From Thermodesulfobacteriota bacterium (GTDB lineage Bacteria; Desulfobacterota_D; UBA1144; Nemesobacterales; JAJCZQ01): a DNA stretch of 64,000 bases. The position numbers were made by a program, and so were the translations under genes. The notes beneath the pieces are model-generated. The model did no database searches, was not told the origin of the DNA, and saw only the letters and a program-made list of their open reading frames with translations. The stretch lies in NCBI GenBank assembly GCA_965203965.1, contig CBDBDR010000017.1:1344001-1408000 (forward strand), given 5' to 3'. Position 1 is the stretch's first letter, and the number at the start of each line of letters is the position of its first letter. Below are positions 42,060 to 52,430 of the stretch, in pieces.

Positions 42060-43739
42060 TCACTTCATCATCATTTCAGTAATGACTTTCGTTGCACCGC
42101 TTACGGCTTTGGGGTCTGTTTTTATGTTTATCACTGCGGGAAGTTCCGATCTAAATGCTCTTTTTAGAGCTGGTTCAAGATTTTTTATATCGGTAATAGT
42201 TTCACCGTATCCACCCATTGCTTTCGCTATTTTATCAAACTGAACAAAACCAAGATCAACACCCTGCATTTTTTTGATCTTTGGATAAGTGATCTCTATC
42301 TGATGCTTTGTCATTCCCCATGCGGAGTCATTGCACACTATAACTACAAATGGTAAATTGTGTTTTACGGCAGTTTCAATCTCCATAAAATTCATTCCAA
42401 CTGCACCATCTCCTGTTATCAAGACAACTTTTTTGTTGGGATTTGCAGCTTTGGCTCCTAATGCAAACGGTATTCCTACACCCATACATCCGAGTGGTCC
42501 ACCTTTTAAATAATGCCCCGGGGTTTCAACTTGATAAGTTATGTCTGTCCATGATTGGCAATCACCACCATCTACAACGGCTATCGCATCATTTTCCATG
42601 AAATCACTTACTACTTTTGCAACTTTTGCGGGATGAATGGCTTTTTTTCTTGAGTTCAGAATTTCTCTTGTAAAAATTTTGTAGTTGTCGCTTTTTATAC
42701 GGTTGGTTTTATTTATCCAATCGGTAAAGCTGAATTTATCTTTTGTTTCAACCAATGCTTTGTTCATTTTCATGATAAAGGATCTTAGGTCGGCAACTAT
42801 TGAAATATCAGCCTTGACATTTCTGCTTATCTCTTCAGGATTGACGTCCACCTGAGCGATTTTTGCTTTTTTGTTAAATGTGTTTCCAAAACCTGCGTAT
42901 ATGCTGAGTCTAACTCCGAGAAGCATTATAAGGTCTGCCTCGGATGAAATTTGTCTGAAACCTTTGGGTGATGATGGACCTGCCACGCCAAAACAGTATT
43001 TGTCAGGGATGGCGCCACGACCCATGTTGAGCGTAAAAGTAGGAACATTCAGGTTTTTTATGAACTCTTCAAGATGAAACTCAGATTTTGAATACCAACT
43101 ACCACTTCCAAATATGATGATCGGCTTTTTAGATTTTTTTAGCAGTTTCAGTAGTTCATCTATTTTATGATCTCCCGGATAGTATGACGTTTCGGGTATT
43201 GAAGTATCATGAATAGAGAGATTATTCTGCTCCGTTTTTGGGTATAAAACCTCGTAAGAAGTTCCAAGGTAAACGGGTCCTGGTCTGCCAGTTACAGATA
43301 TTTTATAAGCCTTTGAGACATATTCGGGAATTCTATTTATATCATAGATGTTCCTTGCCCATTTTGTTACCGGTTTTGCCATTGCTAACTGATCTATTTC
43401 TTGTAGCGAAAGCCTGTCGTTTTCTTCAATACCCGATCTACCGGCAATTAGGATCATGGGAGAATTGGACAGATGGGACCCTGCAAGACCTGTGAGAGCG
43501 TTGGTAAATCCCGGACCTGCTGTAACCAAGCATATCCCCGGGGATCTTGTGAGCCTTCCGTAAGCATCCGCTGCCATTGATGCCCCCTGTTCGTGGTGGG
43601 TATCTATTAGTCTCATTCCCAGGTCTGAGCAGGCTTTGTATATTGGATTTATATGTCCGCCTGCAAGTGTGAATATATTTCTAATACCGAGATCGTAAAG
43701 AGTTTTTGCAAGTAGCCATCCACCCTGTTTTTTTGCCAT
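42060..43739 (-). CDS. TPP-dependent enzyme (2-hydroxyacyl-CoA lyase / benzaldehyde lyase / ALS superfamily)
   Basis: FTLAGGHI, HHEQ, TAGPGFTN, GPLGCMGVG, GDGAVG...CNDSAWG. Confidence 0.88.
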   Translation of the reverse strand: MAKKQGGWLLAKTLYDLGIRNIFTLAGGHINPIYKACSDLGMRLIDTHHEQGASMAADAYGRLTRSPGICLVTAGPGFTNALTGLAGSHLSNSPMILIAGRSGIEENDRLSLQEIDQLAMAKPVTKWARNIYDINRIPEYVSKAYKISVTGRPGPVYLGTSYEVLYPKTEQNNLSIHDTSIPETSYYPGDHKIDELLKLLKKSKKPIIIFGSGSWYSKSEFHLEEFIKNLNVPTFTLNMGRGAIPDKYCFGVAGPSSPKGFRQISSEADLIMLLGVRLSIYAGFGNTFNKKAKIAQVDVNPEEISRNVKADISIVADLRSFIMKMNKALVETKDKFSFTDWINKTNRIKSDNYKIFTREILNSRKKAIHPAKVAKVVSDFMENDAIAVVDGGDCQSWTDITYQVETPGHYLKGGPLGCMGVGIPFALGAKAANPNKKVVLITGDGAVGMNFMEIETAVKHNLPFVVIVCNDSAWGMTKHQIEITYPKIKKMQGVDLGFVQFDKIAKAMGGYGETITDIKNLEPALKRAFRSELPAVINIKTDPKAVSGATKVITEMMMK

Positions 43740-43881
43740 TGTTTCTCCGAATTACAAGAAAACAATTTAATCAATTTATTTGTGAGAATGCAAGTAAAAT
43801 TTTTATCACAGCCTTGACACGGAGTAAATTGTGAATAATTTCGAATTGAAGGCAAAAAATCAATTATAGGAGGTAATTGGT

Positions 43882-44295
43882 ATGAATCTAATTTTGAGAA
43901 ATTGGGAACCATTTAATCTGTTAAAAGAGTTTGATGACAGTTTTTTTGATACAAAACCTGCCTCTCCTTGGTCTCCAAGTATAAATATATTGGAGAATGA
44001 AAACAGCTATGTTCTGACGGCAGAGTTGCCAGGCGTCAAAAAAGAAGATATTGAAATTGCTCTGAAAGACAACACTCTTAACTTAAAAGGTGAGAAGAAA
44101 TTTGAGAGAAAGGACGAGAAAGAAAATTATGTTAGGATTGAGAGTAGCTACGGTGAGTTTGAAAGGAGTTTTTACGTATCGGATGATATTGACGTAAGTA
44201 AAGCCGATGCGAGTTTCAAGGAAGGGGTGCTCAGTATAGAGTTGAAAAAGACAGAGGGATTAAAACCCAAGCAGATTAAAGTGCAGGTTAAATAG
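43882..44295 (+). CDS. Hsp20/alpha-crystallin small heat-shock protein
   Basis: AELPGV..EDI, L.LKGEK, E..YG.FERSF, A.FKEGVL; AGGAGG SD. Confidence 0.95.
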   Translation: MNLILRNWEPFNLLKEFDDSFFDTKPASPWSPSINILENENSYVLTAELPGVKKEDIEIALKDNTLNLKGEKKFERKDEKENYVRIESSYGEFERSFYVSDDIDVSKADASFKEGVLSIELKKTEGLKPKQIKVQVK

Positions 44296-44305
44296 GTCAA
44301 ATAGA

Positions 44306-44337
44306 AAGACAGAGGGGTTTAACGGCTCCTCTGTCTT
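44306..44337. terminator. Hairpin terminator between convergent genes
   Basis: AAGACAGAGGGGTT-TAAC-GGCTCCTCTGTCTT inverted repeat, 10 nt after the hsp20 stop. Confidence 0.75.
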
Positions 44338-44392
44338 GTTAAAACCTTATTTTGTTATTAACATGTTTGTGAAAGGTAGGAAAGTTTGAGGT

Positions 44393-45307
44393 TTATTCTA
44401 TGTCTAGCTTCAATCTTAACACTTCGTCCAGTGGAGTGTTTTTATTCCAGTAGTCAAGTTTTATAGATTTGTTCATTGTGGCTGTTGTTACAATCCGCTT
44501 GGCACCTGCACCGAAACCACTTTTGTATGACTCTTTCCATGAATTAATGTTGTAGGGAAACTTGTCGTTAAAAAAAACTTCCAACTGTCTTTCTCCATTG
44601 TTATAATTGATAGAGTATTTTATTTCCCCTTCACTTGATTTAACAAGTGATGCTTTGGCTTGAACCGGTTTTATTTCTTGGTGTTTCAATCTCGCAAATA
44701 CAAGACTTGGAATTAATTTTATATTTCCGACCGGGAGCTTTTTTGGATTCAGTCTTATTTTTGTAAATATTTCATCCTCAAGAATTGTTTTTTCAACAGA
44801 GTATTCCCTGTCTCCTTCAGATTCAAAATATGACAGTAACTGAACGTTGTAGTTTTTTGCATTTGGAGCCAAATTGATCTGTGTGAAAGTATGTCCACAC
44901 CATTCCTGCGAAGAGAATGTTAACTTTAAAGTGTCGGGATGTATGTCATACATTACGGGAGTAAAAATGGATCCCATAATTGAATACCTATAAATTCCCG
45001 TGTTGAATTTTTTGACCAGATTTAATTTCAGTATTTTTACCGCATCGTCTTTATTGGAGTGCGGATTATCCAGTTTGACGTGCTTTGAGTTGGAAAAGTC
45101 TTCCGTTACAAAAATCAATACGGCGTATCCATCATGTATTTCACCATATCTTGCCTGTTCAAGTTTGTAGGATGTGATCTCAGCGCTACCTGAATACCAG
45201 TAGTTTTTAAACTGTTCGGTGTTGTAATGTAGGTTTTCACTGAAAGCGTTTGCGGTGCCGTATAAAAGGTAAGCCAGTGTAATAATGTAAAGAACAGGGT
45301 TTTTCAT
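44393..45307 (-). CDS. Conserved-looking secreted hypothetical protein
   Basis: Signal peptide (MKNPVL...ANA) and motifs YWYSG.AE...QARYGE...IFVTEDF...TGIY.YS...QEWCGH; function unknown. Confidence 0.75.
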   Translation of the reverse strand: MKNPVLYIITLAYLLYGTANAFSENLHYNTEQFKNYWYSGSAEITSYKLEQARYGEIHDGYAVLIFVTEDFSNSKHVKLDNPHSNKDDAVKILKLNLVKKFNTGIYRYSIMGSIFTPVMYDIHPDTLKLTFSSQEWCGHTFTQINLAPNAKNYNVQLLSYFESEGDREYSVEKTILEDEIFTKIRLNPKKLPVGNIKLIPSLVFARLKHQEIKPVQAKASLVKSSEGEIKYSINYNNGERQLEVFFNDKFPYNINSWKESYKSGFGAGAKRIVTTATMNKSIKLDYWNKNTPLDEVLRLKLDIE

Positions 45308-45326
45308 TCTTGATGCCTCCTTTGTT

Positions 45327-46400
45327 CTAATCTTTGACAAGGTTGGAAACCGTTTTGTTGTTCAGTTTATTTAGCACTGATAAAACAAGATCAACTGTGT
45401 TGTCTATATCATTTCTTTTTACTATTGAGTTGTGGCTATGTATATGACGTGTTGGCACTCCGATAACAACAGTGGGGACACCGTGCTTGTGTAGATGAAT
45501 GACAGAACCGTCTGTGGCACCGCCTTCCATTGCAGCATATTGCAGTGGTATATTTTCTTTTTTTGCGGTATCAATGATAATGTCTCTGAGTTTTAGGTTC
45601 GGTATCATCCTTGAGTCATAAATTAAAAGTGAAGGTCCCCCTCCCAATTTTGTTGATGATTCCTCAGGTTTTATCCCAGGAACATCACCTGCAATATCGG
45701 ACTCAAGTATTATTGCCACGTCTGGATCCACAATTTCAACGCTTGTGGTTGCACCCCTTACCCCAACTTCTTCCTGTACTGTTGTGACACCACAAATTGT
45801 ATTTGGATTTTTTTGTTTCTTGATCTTTTCCAACACCAATAAAAGAACTGCGCAACCTATTCTATCATCAAATGCCTTGGCCATATAAGTTTTTGGTGTT
45901 GTGAGTCGTGTAAATTCACTATCGGGAATTACGGGATCGCCTATCCTAACTCCGGATTCTTCAACCTCTTTATCCGACGTTGCTCCCACGTCTATATACA
46001 TGTTCTTTTTTAATACAGTTTTTGTTCTTTCTTCCAGTGGGATCAAGTGGGGAGGTTTTGCGCCAATTACACCAATTACATCCCCATTCCGAGTTTTTAT
46101 TCTTACCCTCTGGGTTAGCAGAACCTGGTCCCACCATCCCCCGAGAGGTGTAAATTTAATATAGCCGTTGCTGCTTATATATTTAACCACAAAACCTATC
46201 TCGTCCATGTGACTGGCAAGCATGACCTTTGGACCACTACCATAACCTGCGACTTTGCAGATAAGGCTGCCCATCTTGTCTCTTCTTACAGAGCCAAATT
46301 CCTTCAGCTTGTTCTCAAGAATTTTTCTTATCTCTTTTTCATAACCGGGAACTCCATCTGCTTCGGTTAATTCCTTTAACAGCTTTTCTATTTTATCCAT
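45327..46400 (-). CDS. M42-family (TET) aminopeptidase
   Basis: SHMDEIG, GGW, KAFDDRIGC, QEEVG.RGA, GATD, RHIHS. Confidence 0.94.
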   Translation of the reverse strand: MDKIEKLLKELTEADGVPGYEKEIRKILENKLKEFGSVRRDKMGSLICKVAGYGSGPKVMLASHMDEIGFVVKYISSNGYIKFTPLGGWWDQVLLTQRVRIKTRNGDVIGVIGAKPPHLIPLEERTKTVLKKNMYIDVGATSDKEVEESGVRIGDPVIPDSEFTRLTTPKTYMAKAFDDRIGCAVLLLVLEKIKKQKNPNTICGVTTVQEEVGVRGATTSVEIVDPDVAIILESDIAGDVPGIKPEESSTKLGGGPSLLIYDSRMIPNLKLRDIIIDTAKKENIPLQYAAMEGGATDGSVIHLHKHGVPTVVIGVPTRHIHSHNSIVKRNDIDNTVDLVLSVLNKLNNKTVSNLVKD

Positions 46401-46537
46401 TCAAATTGTTCACTCCTTTCAGTTTTTGTGCTATAAACGTATTGCTATTAAACTTACCGCCTGAGAACGTAAATGATATAAAAATCTTTAAAATACAATG
46501 GTAGTATAATTCACCATCAATTTTAAGGGTAATCATA

Positions 46538-46957
46538 ATGGCAGTGGAAACCAGAATTATTGAGTTGTCAACAAATGGGAACTGTGACGTGCTGGATATA
46601 ACGGCAAGTGTTCAGGAAGTCGTAAGGTTATCGTCAATCAGTTCCGGGGTTGCCACGGTATTTGCCAAAGGGTCGACGGTAGGAGTTACAACAATAGAGT
46701 ATGAAAGCGGTGCTATAAGTGATCTGAAAGAAGTGTTTTCAAAACTGGTGCCGGAAAATGAGCATTATGCTCATAATGCGAGGTGGGGAGATGGGAATGG
46801 ACACTCACATATAAGAGCTTCCTTGCTCGGACCTTCTATCTCAATTCCATTCCAGTCTTCAAAACTGTTTACAGGGACATGGCAACAAATAATATTTGTT
46901 GATTTTGACAACAGACCCCGAAACAGAGAGGTCATCGTCCAGATAATAGGTAATTAG
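46538..46957 (+). CDS. YjbQ/UPF0047-family protein
   Basis: GST...TIEYE, HN..WGDGNGHSHIRASLLG, GTWQQI...DFD. Confidence 0.92.
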   Translation: MAVETRIIELSTNGNCDVLDITASVQEVVRLSSISSGVATVFAKGSTVGVTTIEYESGAISDLKEVFSKLVPENEHYAHNARWGDGNGHSHIRASLLGPSISIPFQSSKLFTGTWQQIIFVDFDNRPRNREVIVQIIGN

Positions 46958-46969
46958 ACTTGCACAGTT

Positions 46970-47626
46970 TCAGATGAATTTGATAGAGAAATGCTTTTTA
47001 AGCCTCACGTTCAGACTAACAATAAGTGGTGTGATTGCTTCTATCATAGGGGATACCGCAAGTGGTCCCGCATCAAGCACTCTGAGATTCTTCATCTCCT
47101 CCGTGAGATTTTTAACAACTTCTTTAGCTTCTTCATCGTCCCCGCATATAACTACGTCGTAGTTTAGATCTTCATCAATATTTGCAAGTTCTTTTGCAGG
47201 TAGATTGTGATATGCAGACACAAGTCTTGCTGTTTTCGGCAAAACAGATCTTATTTCTTCGGCCGATGAACCTTGAGCGGGTGGATTATAAAGGAAGGTT
47301 TTGCCTTCTTTTTTCATTGATACAACTGGGGTTACAACTATTTGATCAGAAATGTTGTCTTTGCATCCTTCTATTGTGGATGCGGCATACTCCGGCGGAA
47401 TGCTTATTATTATAACTTCAGAATTTTTTGCAGCTTCAGCGTTTGCCATGCCATGTATTTTTGATTGAATTTCCATTGAATTTAGTTTTTCAATGTATCC
47501 TGCTGCTATGCCCTGTGCTTTTTCTTCACTTCTTGATCCTATGTATATCTCATGTCCTGATTTTGACCACCTAAGCACAAGCCCTTCGGCTATGTCGCCG
47601 GTTCCGCCAAGTAGTGATATTTTCAT
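46970..47626 (-). CDS. npdG: NADPH-dependent F420 reductase (F420H2:NADP+ oxidoreductase)
   Basis: LGGTGD..EGL.LRW, IGSRS.EKA, GSSAE, VSAYHN, DAGPL...EAITPL; AGGAGG SD. Confidence 0.85.
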   Translation of the reverse strand: MKISLLGGTGDIAEGLVLRWSKSGHEIYIGSRSEEKAQGIAAGYIEKLNSMEIQSKIHGMANAEAAKNSEVIIISIPPEYAASTIEGCKDNISDQIVVTPVVSMKKEGKTFLYNPPAQGSSAEEIRSVLPKTARLVSAYHNLPAKELANIDEDLNYDVVICGDDEEAKEVVKNLTEEMKNLRVLDAGPLAVSPMIEAITPLIVSLNVRLKKHFSIKFI

Positions 47627-47824
47627 GTTTTCCTCCTGAAAATTCTGGTTAGATTATTTTAACAAATGATGAATTTGAGTAAAGGTTTGTAAAAATACCT
47701 TTTAACAATTCCAACACTGAGTAATAAAAATACAAATTCTGTATTGCTTGTTTTTTGTTTCCCCGGGGTTTTTATCCGCTTTAATGAAAGCAGTTGGAAC
47801 AGTTTTTGAACTTGAAAAGTTGCA

Positions 47825-48430
47825 TCAAATGTGTTCGATCAAAACCTTTCTTCCTTCAATTCTAAACTTCTTCTCACAAAGGAGACGGACGGCTTTGGGA
47901 AAGATTTTATGTTCTTCCTGGTGTATTTTATTGAACAATGACTCTTCGGTATCATCAGCTTCAACTGGCACGGCAGCTTGTAGAATAATAGGTCCTGTGT
48001 CTATACCTTCATCAACAAAATGCACCGTGCAGCCTGTAAATTTTACTCCGTAGTCAAGAGCTTGCTTTACGGAGTGCATACCGGGGAAGGAGGGAAGTAA
48101 AGCAGGGTGCAGATTGATTATGCGGTTTTTATACCTTTCTAAAAAAAAGGGTGTAAGCAACCGCATAAATCCTGCAAGCACAACAAGTTCTGTATTATAT
48201 TCTTCCAATTTACTGATGATCCGGGATTCAAATTTTTCTCTTGTCCCAAAATCCTTGTGATTTATAAGCTCTACGGCAATACGGTGCTTTTCAGCTCTCT
48301 TGATAGCGTAGGCATCGGGTTTATTGCAAACAAGAACGTTGAGGTTTGCAGCTTCAATTCTGGCGTCAATAATTGCCTGAAAGTTAGTTCCGTTACCGGA
48401 TGCTAGCACCGCAACATTGGTTTTATTCAT
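47825..48430 (-). CDS. purN: Phosphoribosylglycinamide formyltransferase
   Basis: SGNGTNFQA, LAGFMR, NLHPALLPSFPG, GCTVHFVDEGIDTGPII.Q, EH. Confidence 0.97.
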   Translation of the reverse strand: MNKTNVAVLASGNGTNFQAIIDARIEAANLNVLVCNKPDAYAIKRAEKHRIAVELINHKDFGTREKFESRIISKLEEYNTELVVLAGFMRLLTPFFLERYKNRIINLHPALLPSFPGMHSVKQALDYGVKFTGCTVHFVDEGIDTGPIILQAAVPVEADDTEESLFNKIHQEEHKIFPKAVRLLCEKKFRIEGRKVLIEHI

Positions 48431-48437
48431 ACTTTTA

Positions 48438-48465
48438 ATTCTAATTTAGGGTAGCTTGAAGTCAA
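48438..48465 (-). promoter_or_regulatory. Putative sigma70 promoter for leaderless purN
   Basis: TTGACT-16-TAGAAT, then 7 nt to the ATG; no SD. Confidence 0.65.
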
Positions 48466-48520
48466 TTGTGGCTTGGATAAGCATACTGAAACTAAATTAT
48501 AAGGAAGAAATAAAAAAAAG

Positions 48521-48640
48521 AATCAAGGCAGCTTCCTACTTTCCCACTCCTTATGGAGCAGTATCATCGGCCTATAAAGGCTTAACTTTCGGGTTCGGGA
48601 TGGTACCGAGTGTTTCCCTTTCAGTATTGCCACCAAGATT
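48521..48640 (-). rRNA. rrf: 5S rRNA, unlinked from 16S/23S
   Basis: Reverse complement TCTTGGTGGCAATA...GAAACACTCGGTACCATCCCGAACCCGAAAGTTAAGC...GCCGATGATACT...GGGAAAGTAGG..GCTGCCTTGA carries loop C (CCGAAC), loop E and a closing helix I; about 117-120 nt. Confidence 0.95.
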
Positions 48641-48648
48641 CAAAAGGG

Positions 48649-48677
48649 ATTATAAATATTTAATTTTCTGGTGTCAA
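48649..48677 (-). promoter_or_regulatory. Consensus sigma70 promoter of the 5S rRNA gene
   Basis: Exact TTGACA (48677-48672), 17 nt, TATAAT (48654-48649); 8 nt before the 5S helix I. Confidence 0.85.
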
Positions 48678-48701
48678 TAATAATGGGGAATTAAACTTTA
48701 A

Positions 48702-50177
48702 TCACCTAATGGTTTTTAACGGCGAATTCTTATGAAGTTTCTTCAACTTGCCAATTGCTTTGATCTCTATCTGCCTGACTCTTTCTCGCGTCACGTTGAA
48801 CTTCTTTCCCACTTCTTCCAGTGTGTGCTCTTTTTGCTCATCAAGTCCAAATCTCATCTTAACAACACTTTCTTCTCTTGGGTCCAGTACTATCAGTGCA
48901 TCTTTTATCATCTGTTTCAATTCTTTCATTTCAATTATTTCAATAGTGGACGAGGCTTCGTGACATTCTAGAGAGTCCAGCAAACTCTCATTGTCTCCCG
49001 TTGGTAAATCAAGGGATATTGGTTGCCTACATATTTGAAGTATTTTAGAAACCTCCCTTACAGACATCTTGGTTTTGTCTGCGATTTCATTGGAGATAGG
49101 CTCACGACCAAATTGCTGAACAAATTTTTTAGAAGCTTTTACTATTCTGTCGACGCTTTCAGTCATGTGCACAGGTATCCTTATCATTTTTGATTGATTT
49201 ATAAGGGCACGAGAAATTGACTGTCTTATCCACCAAGTTGCATAGGTGGAAAATTTATACCCTTTATTATATTCAAATTTTTCCGCGGCTTTCATTAGTC
49301 CTATATTGCCTTCCTGTATCAGGTCAAGGAACTGCAAACCAGCGGGGTTTATGTATCTTCTTGCTATGCTTACAACAAGCCGTAAATTGGATTCTACTAG
49401 CCTATATTTTGCTTCTTGCTTGATCTTTTTACCTTTTTTTAACTTTTTTAAGGATTTTCTTATTGTGGCAAGATCATTTTCTTCATTCAGCAGGTTTGGG
49501 TTCTCATGATCCAAATCAGTGGAGCTTTTCTTAATGTTTATGTATCTCTTAGCTGTATTTGCTATTTTTTTCAGCTGGTTGAGATTAAGATTGATACTTA
49601 TCAAATTAGCAACTATTTTTTTTTCGTTCTTGACTTTGATTTTTTGAAGAGGATGTGTGTGGCTAATTTTTGGAATTTTTTTTATTTCATTGTCCAGATT
49701 TTTATTTTCAAGATACAGTAGGGTTATTTCGGTAACATAATTTTTTAGTCCTATTATTATCTCTTCGTCTCTTAATTCGCTTTCATCGTCAAGGTTCATT
49801 ACTTCATCAACTTTCAGGGCGTTGTTTTTGAGTTTTTCGTCAAGATTCACAACTTGCCTCATCATAATGGGGCATTCGACTATTGACCTTGCTATTAGCC
49901 TTTTTCCTCTTTCTATTTCTTTTGCAATGTTTGTCTCTTCGTCACGGGAAAGTAGGGAGTGTCCTGCGATCTCATGTAGGTAAGTTCTTAATGTTTCTTG
50001 ATCGGATGATTCAACTGATGAGCCATTGGCAGAATTTTTACCATTTCTCTTATGTTCATTTTTCACGTTCCCTTTGAAGACAACAGAGGGAACGATATTT
50101 TCATGGACGTTATCATCAGAAATAGTGTCTTTGTGGAATAAGTTTCTTTTTATGCTCTCACTCATTTTAGATTTCAT
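48702..50177 (-). CDS. Sigma70-family factor, RpoD-like but divergent
   Basis: [56 protein letters not shown]; follows rpsU-dnaG. Confidence 0.92.
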   Translation of the reverse strand: MKSKMSESIKRNLFHKDTISDDNVHENIVPSVVFKGNVKNEHKRNGKNSANGSSVESSDQETLRTYLHEIAGHSLLSRDEETNIAKEIERGKRLIARSIVECPIMMRQVVNLDEKLKNNALKVDEVMNLDDESELRDEEIIIGLKNYVTEITLLYLENKNLDNEIKKIPKISHTHPLQKIKVKNEKKIVANLISINLNLNQLKKIANTAKRYINIKKSSTDLDHENPNLLNEENDLATIRKSLKKLKKGKKIKQEAKYRLVESNLRLVVSIARRYINPAGLQFLDLIQEGNIGLMKAAEKFEYNKGYKFSTYATWWIRQSISRALINQSKMIRIPVHMTESVDRIVKASKKFVQQFGREPISNEIADKTKMSVREVSKILQICRQPISLDLPTGDNESLLDSLECHEASSTIEIIEMKELKQMIKDALIVLDPREESVVKMRFGLDEQKEHTLEEVGKKFNVTRERVRQIEIKAIGKLKKLHKNSPLKTIR

Positions 50178-51924
50178 GCAGTTCGCTTTTAATAAGTCTT
50201 TCCTGCTCTAATAGATTTTTGTAGGTTTTAACAACTTCTTTTTCATTTAATGGATTTTTCCCCAGTTCATTTCTTTGTAAAGCAAGTTGATCACGTAAAT
50301 TTTTTAATTTCAGGCGATTGACACACTCCGTGAACATCTCTTTTACCTTGTTGTTTGATACACCAACTTCATCGGATGAAAATACCGCATTTGATAAAAT
50401 GAGCTGAATTTCCTGTTCCTTAAAGTTATTTATGATTTTTGATATATCTGTAAATCTTTCAGAGATCATCTTAGTTAATATCTTTTTGATATTATTGTCA
50501 TTTACGTATTGATATACAAATTCTTCATCAATAAATTCAATAAGTTGAGGGTAATTCAAGAGTATCTTCAGAATTAGCATCTCGGAGTTGTTTATTTTTT
50601 TCTGAATACTTGTTTTGTGTGCTGAAGGGGAATTTTTTTTACGGGTTTTCAGCATAGAATACAGATCGTTTTCTCTGAAACTAAAACGAATTGATGCTTT
50701 ACGTATGAAATCCGATCTATCTATCTGGTTGGCAATTTTTTCTCCGAAATCAACCAGTTGTTGGGCTGCGTCGTTGCGGTTGATCTCATGTTTATTATAA
50801 TGACCATATACAATTTCAATAACATAATCGGTAGTTTCACGTGCATTTTCAATCAATTTTGTAATTGTATCTATTCCCTTTTCGCTTCTTATCATAAGAT
50901 CCGGATCAAAACCTTCCGTTATTCTCGCGATTTTTGAGTTTATGCCAGCCTGCAGCAGGATTTCACCTGACCTCAGTGATGCTTTCATCCCAGAACTGTC
51001 ACCGTCATACAATACAACTACGTTTTCAGTATATCTTTTCAAAAAAGAAGCATGATCTGAGGTAAATGACGTGCCGAGGGTTGCGACAACGTTTTTTATT
51101 CCTGAGGAATAGAGAGATAAAAAATCCATATAACCTTCTACAAGGATCGCAAGTTTCTGCTTTTTTATATGTTCTTTGGATCTAAATAGTCCGTAAAATG
51201 ATTTTCTCTTTTTATATATATCCGATTCGGGAGAGTTGAGATACTTGGGATTATCATTTTTATCAATTACCCTGCCACCAAATCCTATTACATCCCCGTC
51301 AACGTCAATAATGGGAAATATTATCCTGTGACGGAATACATCATAAAAATTTTTATTTTTTTTAATAAGTCCAAGTTCAAGTGGAATATCCAAAGGGATC
51401 TTTTCGGATTTTAAATAGTTTAACAACCCATTCCAACTGTCTTCTGCAAATCCAAGTTTGAACTCTTTGACAAGGTCAATATTTATTCCCCTGCCAACCA
51501 GATAGTCTCTGGCTTCTTGAAATGATCTATTCTTTAGTAGATTGTTTTGAAAAAAAATTAATGCCCTTTGGTTAACTCTCAACTGCGCCGAGCGTTTTGA
51601 GGATTGACGCTTTTCTGATGGATGACTTTCTTGTATTTTAATATTCAGTTTGGCTGCAAGCTCGCGCACGGCCTCTTTGAAGTCTATTTGTTTGTAGTTC
51701 ATCAGGAAACTGAATATATCTCCGCCTGCGCCGCAACTGAAACAGTGGTAAAGTCCTTTTTCTTCATTTATGTGTAATGAGGGATTCTTGTCATCATGAA
51801 AAGGACATAATGCAATGTAATTTTTCCCGGATTTCTTGAGAGATATATAGGTCTCTGCAATATCTGCTAAACTCAACCTTTTTTTAATCTCTTCTATGGC
51901 AGAGTCAAAGGAAGATTGATCCAT
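50167..51924 (-). CDS. dnaG: DNA primase
   Basis: CPFH.DK.PS...CFSC zinc finger, [34 protein letters not shown] 51924 follows an AAGGA SD. Confidence 0.97.
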   Translation of the reverse strand: MDQSSFDSAIEEIKKRLSLADIAETYISLKKSGKNYIALCPFHDDKNPSLHINEEKGLYHCFSCGAGGDIFSFLMNYKQIDFKEAVRELAAKLNIKIQESHPSEKRQSSKRSAQLRVNQRALIFFQNNLLKNRSFQEARDYLVGRGINIDLVKEFKLGFAEDSWNGLLNYLKSEKIPLDIPLELGLIKKNKNFYDVFRHRIIFPIIDVDGDVIGFGGRVIDKNDNPKYLNSPESDIYKKRKSFYGLFRSKEHIKKQKLAILVEGYMDFLSLYSSGIKNVVATLGTSFTSDHASFLKRYTENVVVLYDGDSSGMKASLRSGEILLQAGINSKIARITEGFDPDLMIRSEKGIDTITKLIENARETTDYVIEIVYGHYNKHEINRNDAAQQLVDFGEKIANQIDRSDFIRKASIRFSFRENDLYSMLKTRKKNSPSAHKTSIQKKINNSEMLILKILLNYPQLIEFIDEEFVYQYVNDNNIKKILTKMISERFTDISKIINNFKEQEIQLILSNAVFSSDEVGVSNNKVKEMFTECVNRLKLKNLRDQLALQRNELGKNPLNEKEVVKTYKNLLEQERLIKSELHEI

Positions 51925-51985
51925 TTTCAATCCTTTGAAAAATAAATTTTGTAGTGAGTAAATTTAGGCTGTAAAACTTGCTTGG

Positions 51986-52159
51986 TTATATTCTCGCAAC
52001 AGATTTTTTCCGGCGTTTCTTATTCCTTCTCTGGCTGGGTTTTTCGTAGTATTCTCTCCTCCTCACCTCCGAAATAACACCACCCTTTTCAACCTGCTTT
52101 TTAAACCTCTTTAAAGCACTGTCTATACTCTCATTTCTGCCTACGTATATTCCTGGCAT
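51986..52159 (-). CDS. rpsU: 30S ribosomal protein S21
   Basis: [12 protein letters not shown]...[19 protein letters not shown]; upstream of dnaG. Confidence 0.95.
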   Translation of the reverse strand: MPGIYVGRNESIDSALKRFKKQVEKGGVISEVRRREYYEKPSQRRNKKRRKKSVARI

Positions 52160-52199
52160 AAATAAAAACAACCTCCTGAAGTTTCTAAACTGATTAATG

Positions 52200-52228
52200 A
52201 ACTTAAAAAACTACTTTATATTTGTCAA
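52200..52228 (-). promoter_or_regulatory. Putative promoter of rpsU-dnaG-sigma operon
   Basis: TTGACA-17-TAAGTT. Confidence 0.5.
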
Positions 52229-52230
52229 GT

Positions 52231-52413
52231 TTACTTGTTCTCAATTTTTGTAAATACACCAATTTTTTTCCTGTTGTGCTTGATCTGTTCTTCTATCTTG
52301 TAAATATTTCTCTTTTCATATTCACTATCATAATTTTCTTCATCAACTCTGTGTTCCTCAAATCGTTTTGTCCAAGAGTCCCTTCTTTTCCTTATGTCGT
52401 CAATTAGTCCCAT
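52231..52413 (-). CDS. Small charged hypothetical protein (60 aa)
   Basis: Fills the gap between co-oriented genes; no family recognised. Confidence 0.5.
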   Translation of the reverse strand: MGLIDDIRKRRDSWTKRFEEHRVDEENYDSEYEKRNIYKIEEQIKHNRKKIGVFTKIENK

Positions 52414-52430
52414 GATCGTTTCTTTTTGAC

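Noticed and set aside
43740..43881. CIRCE heat-shock operator upstream of hsp20
   Set aside because: TTAGCACTC-N9-GAGTGCTAA is absent.
48456..48680. 74-aa ORF on the + strand
   Set aside because: Antisense shadow of the 5S rRNA gene.
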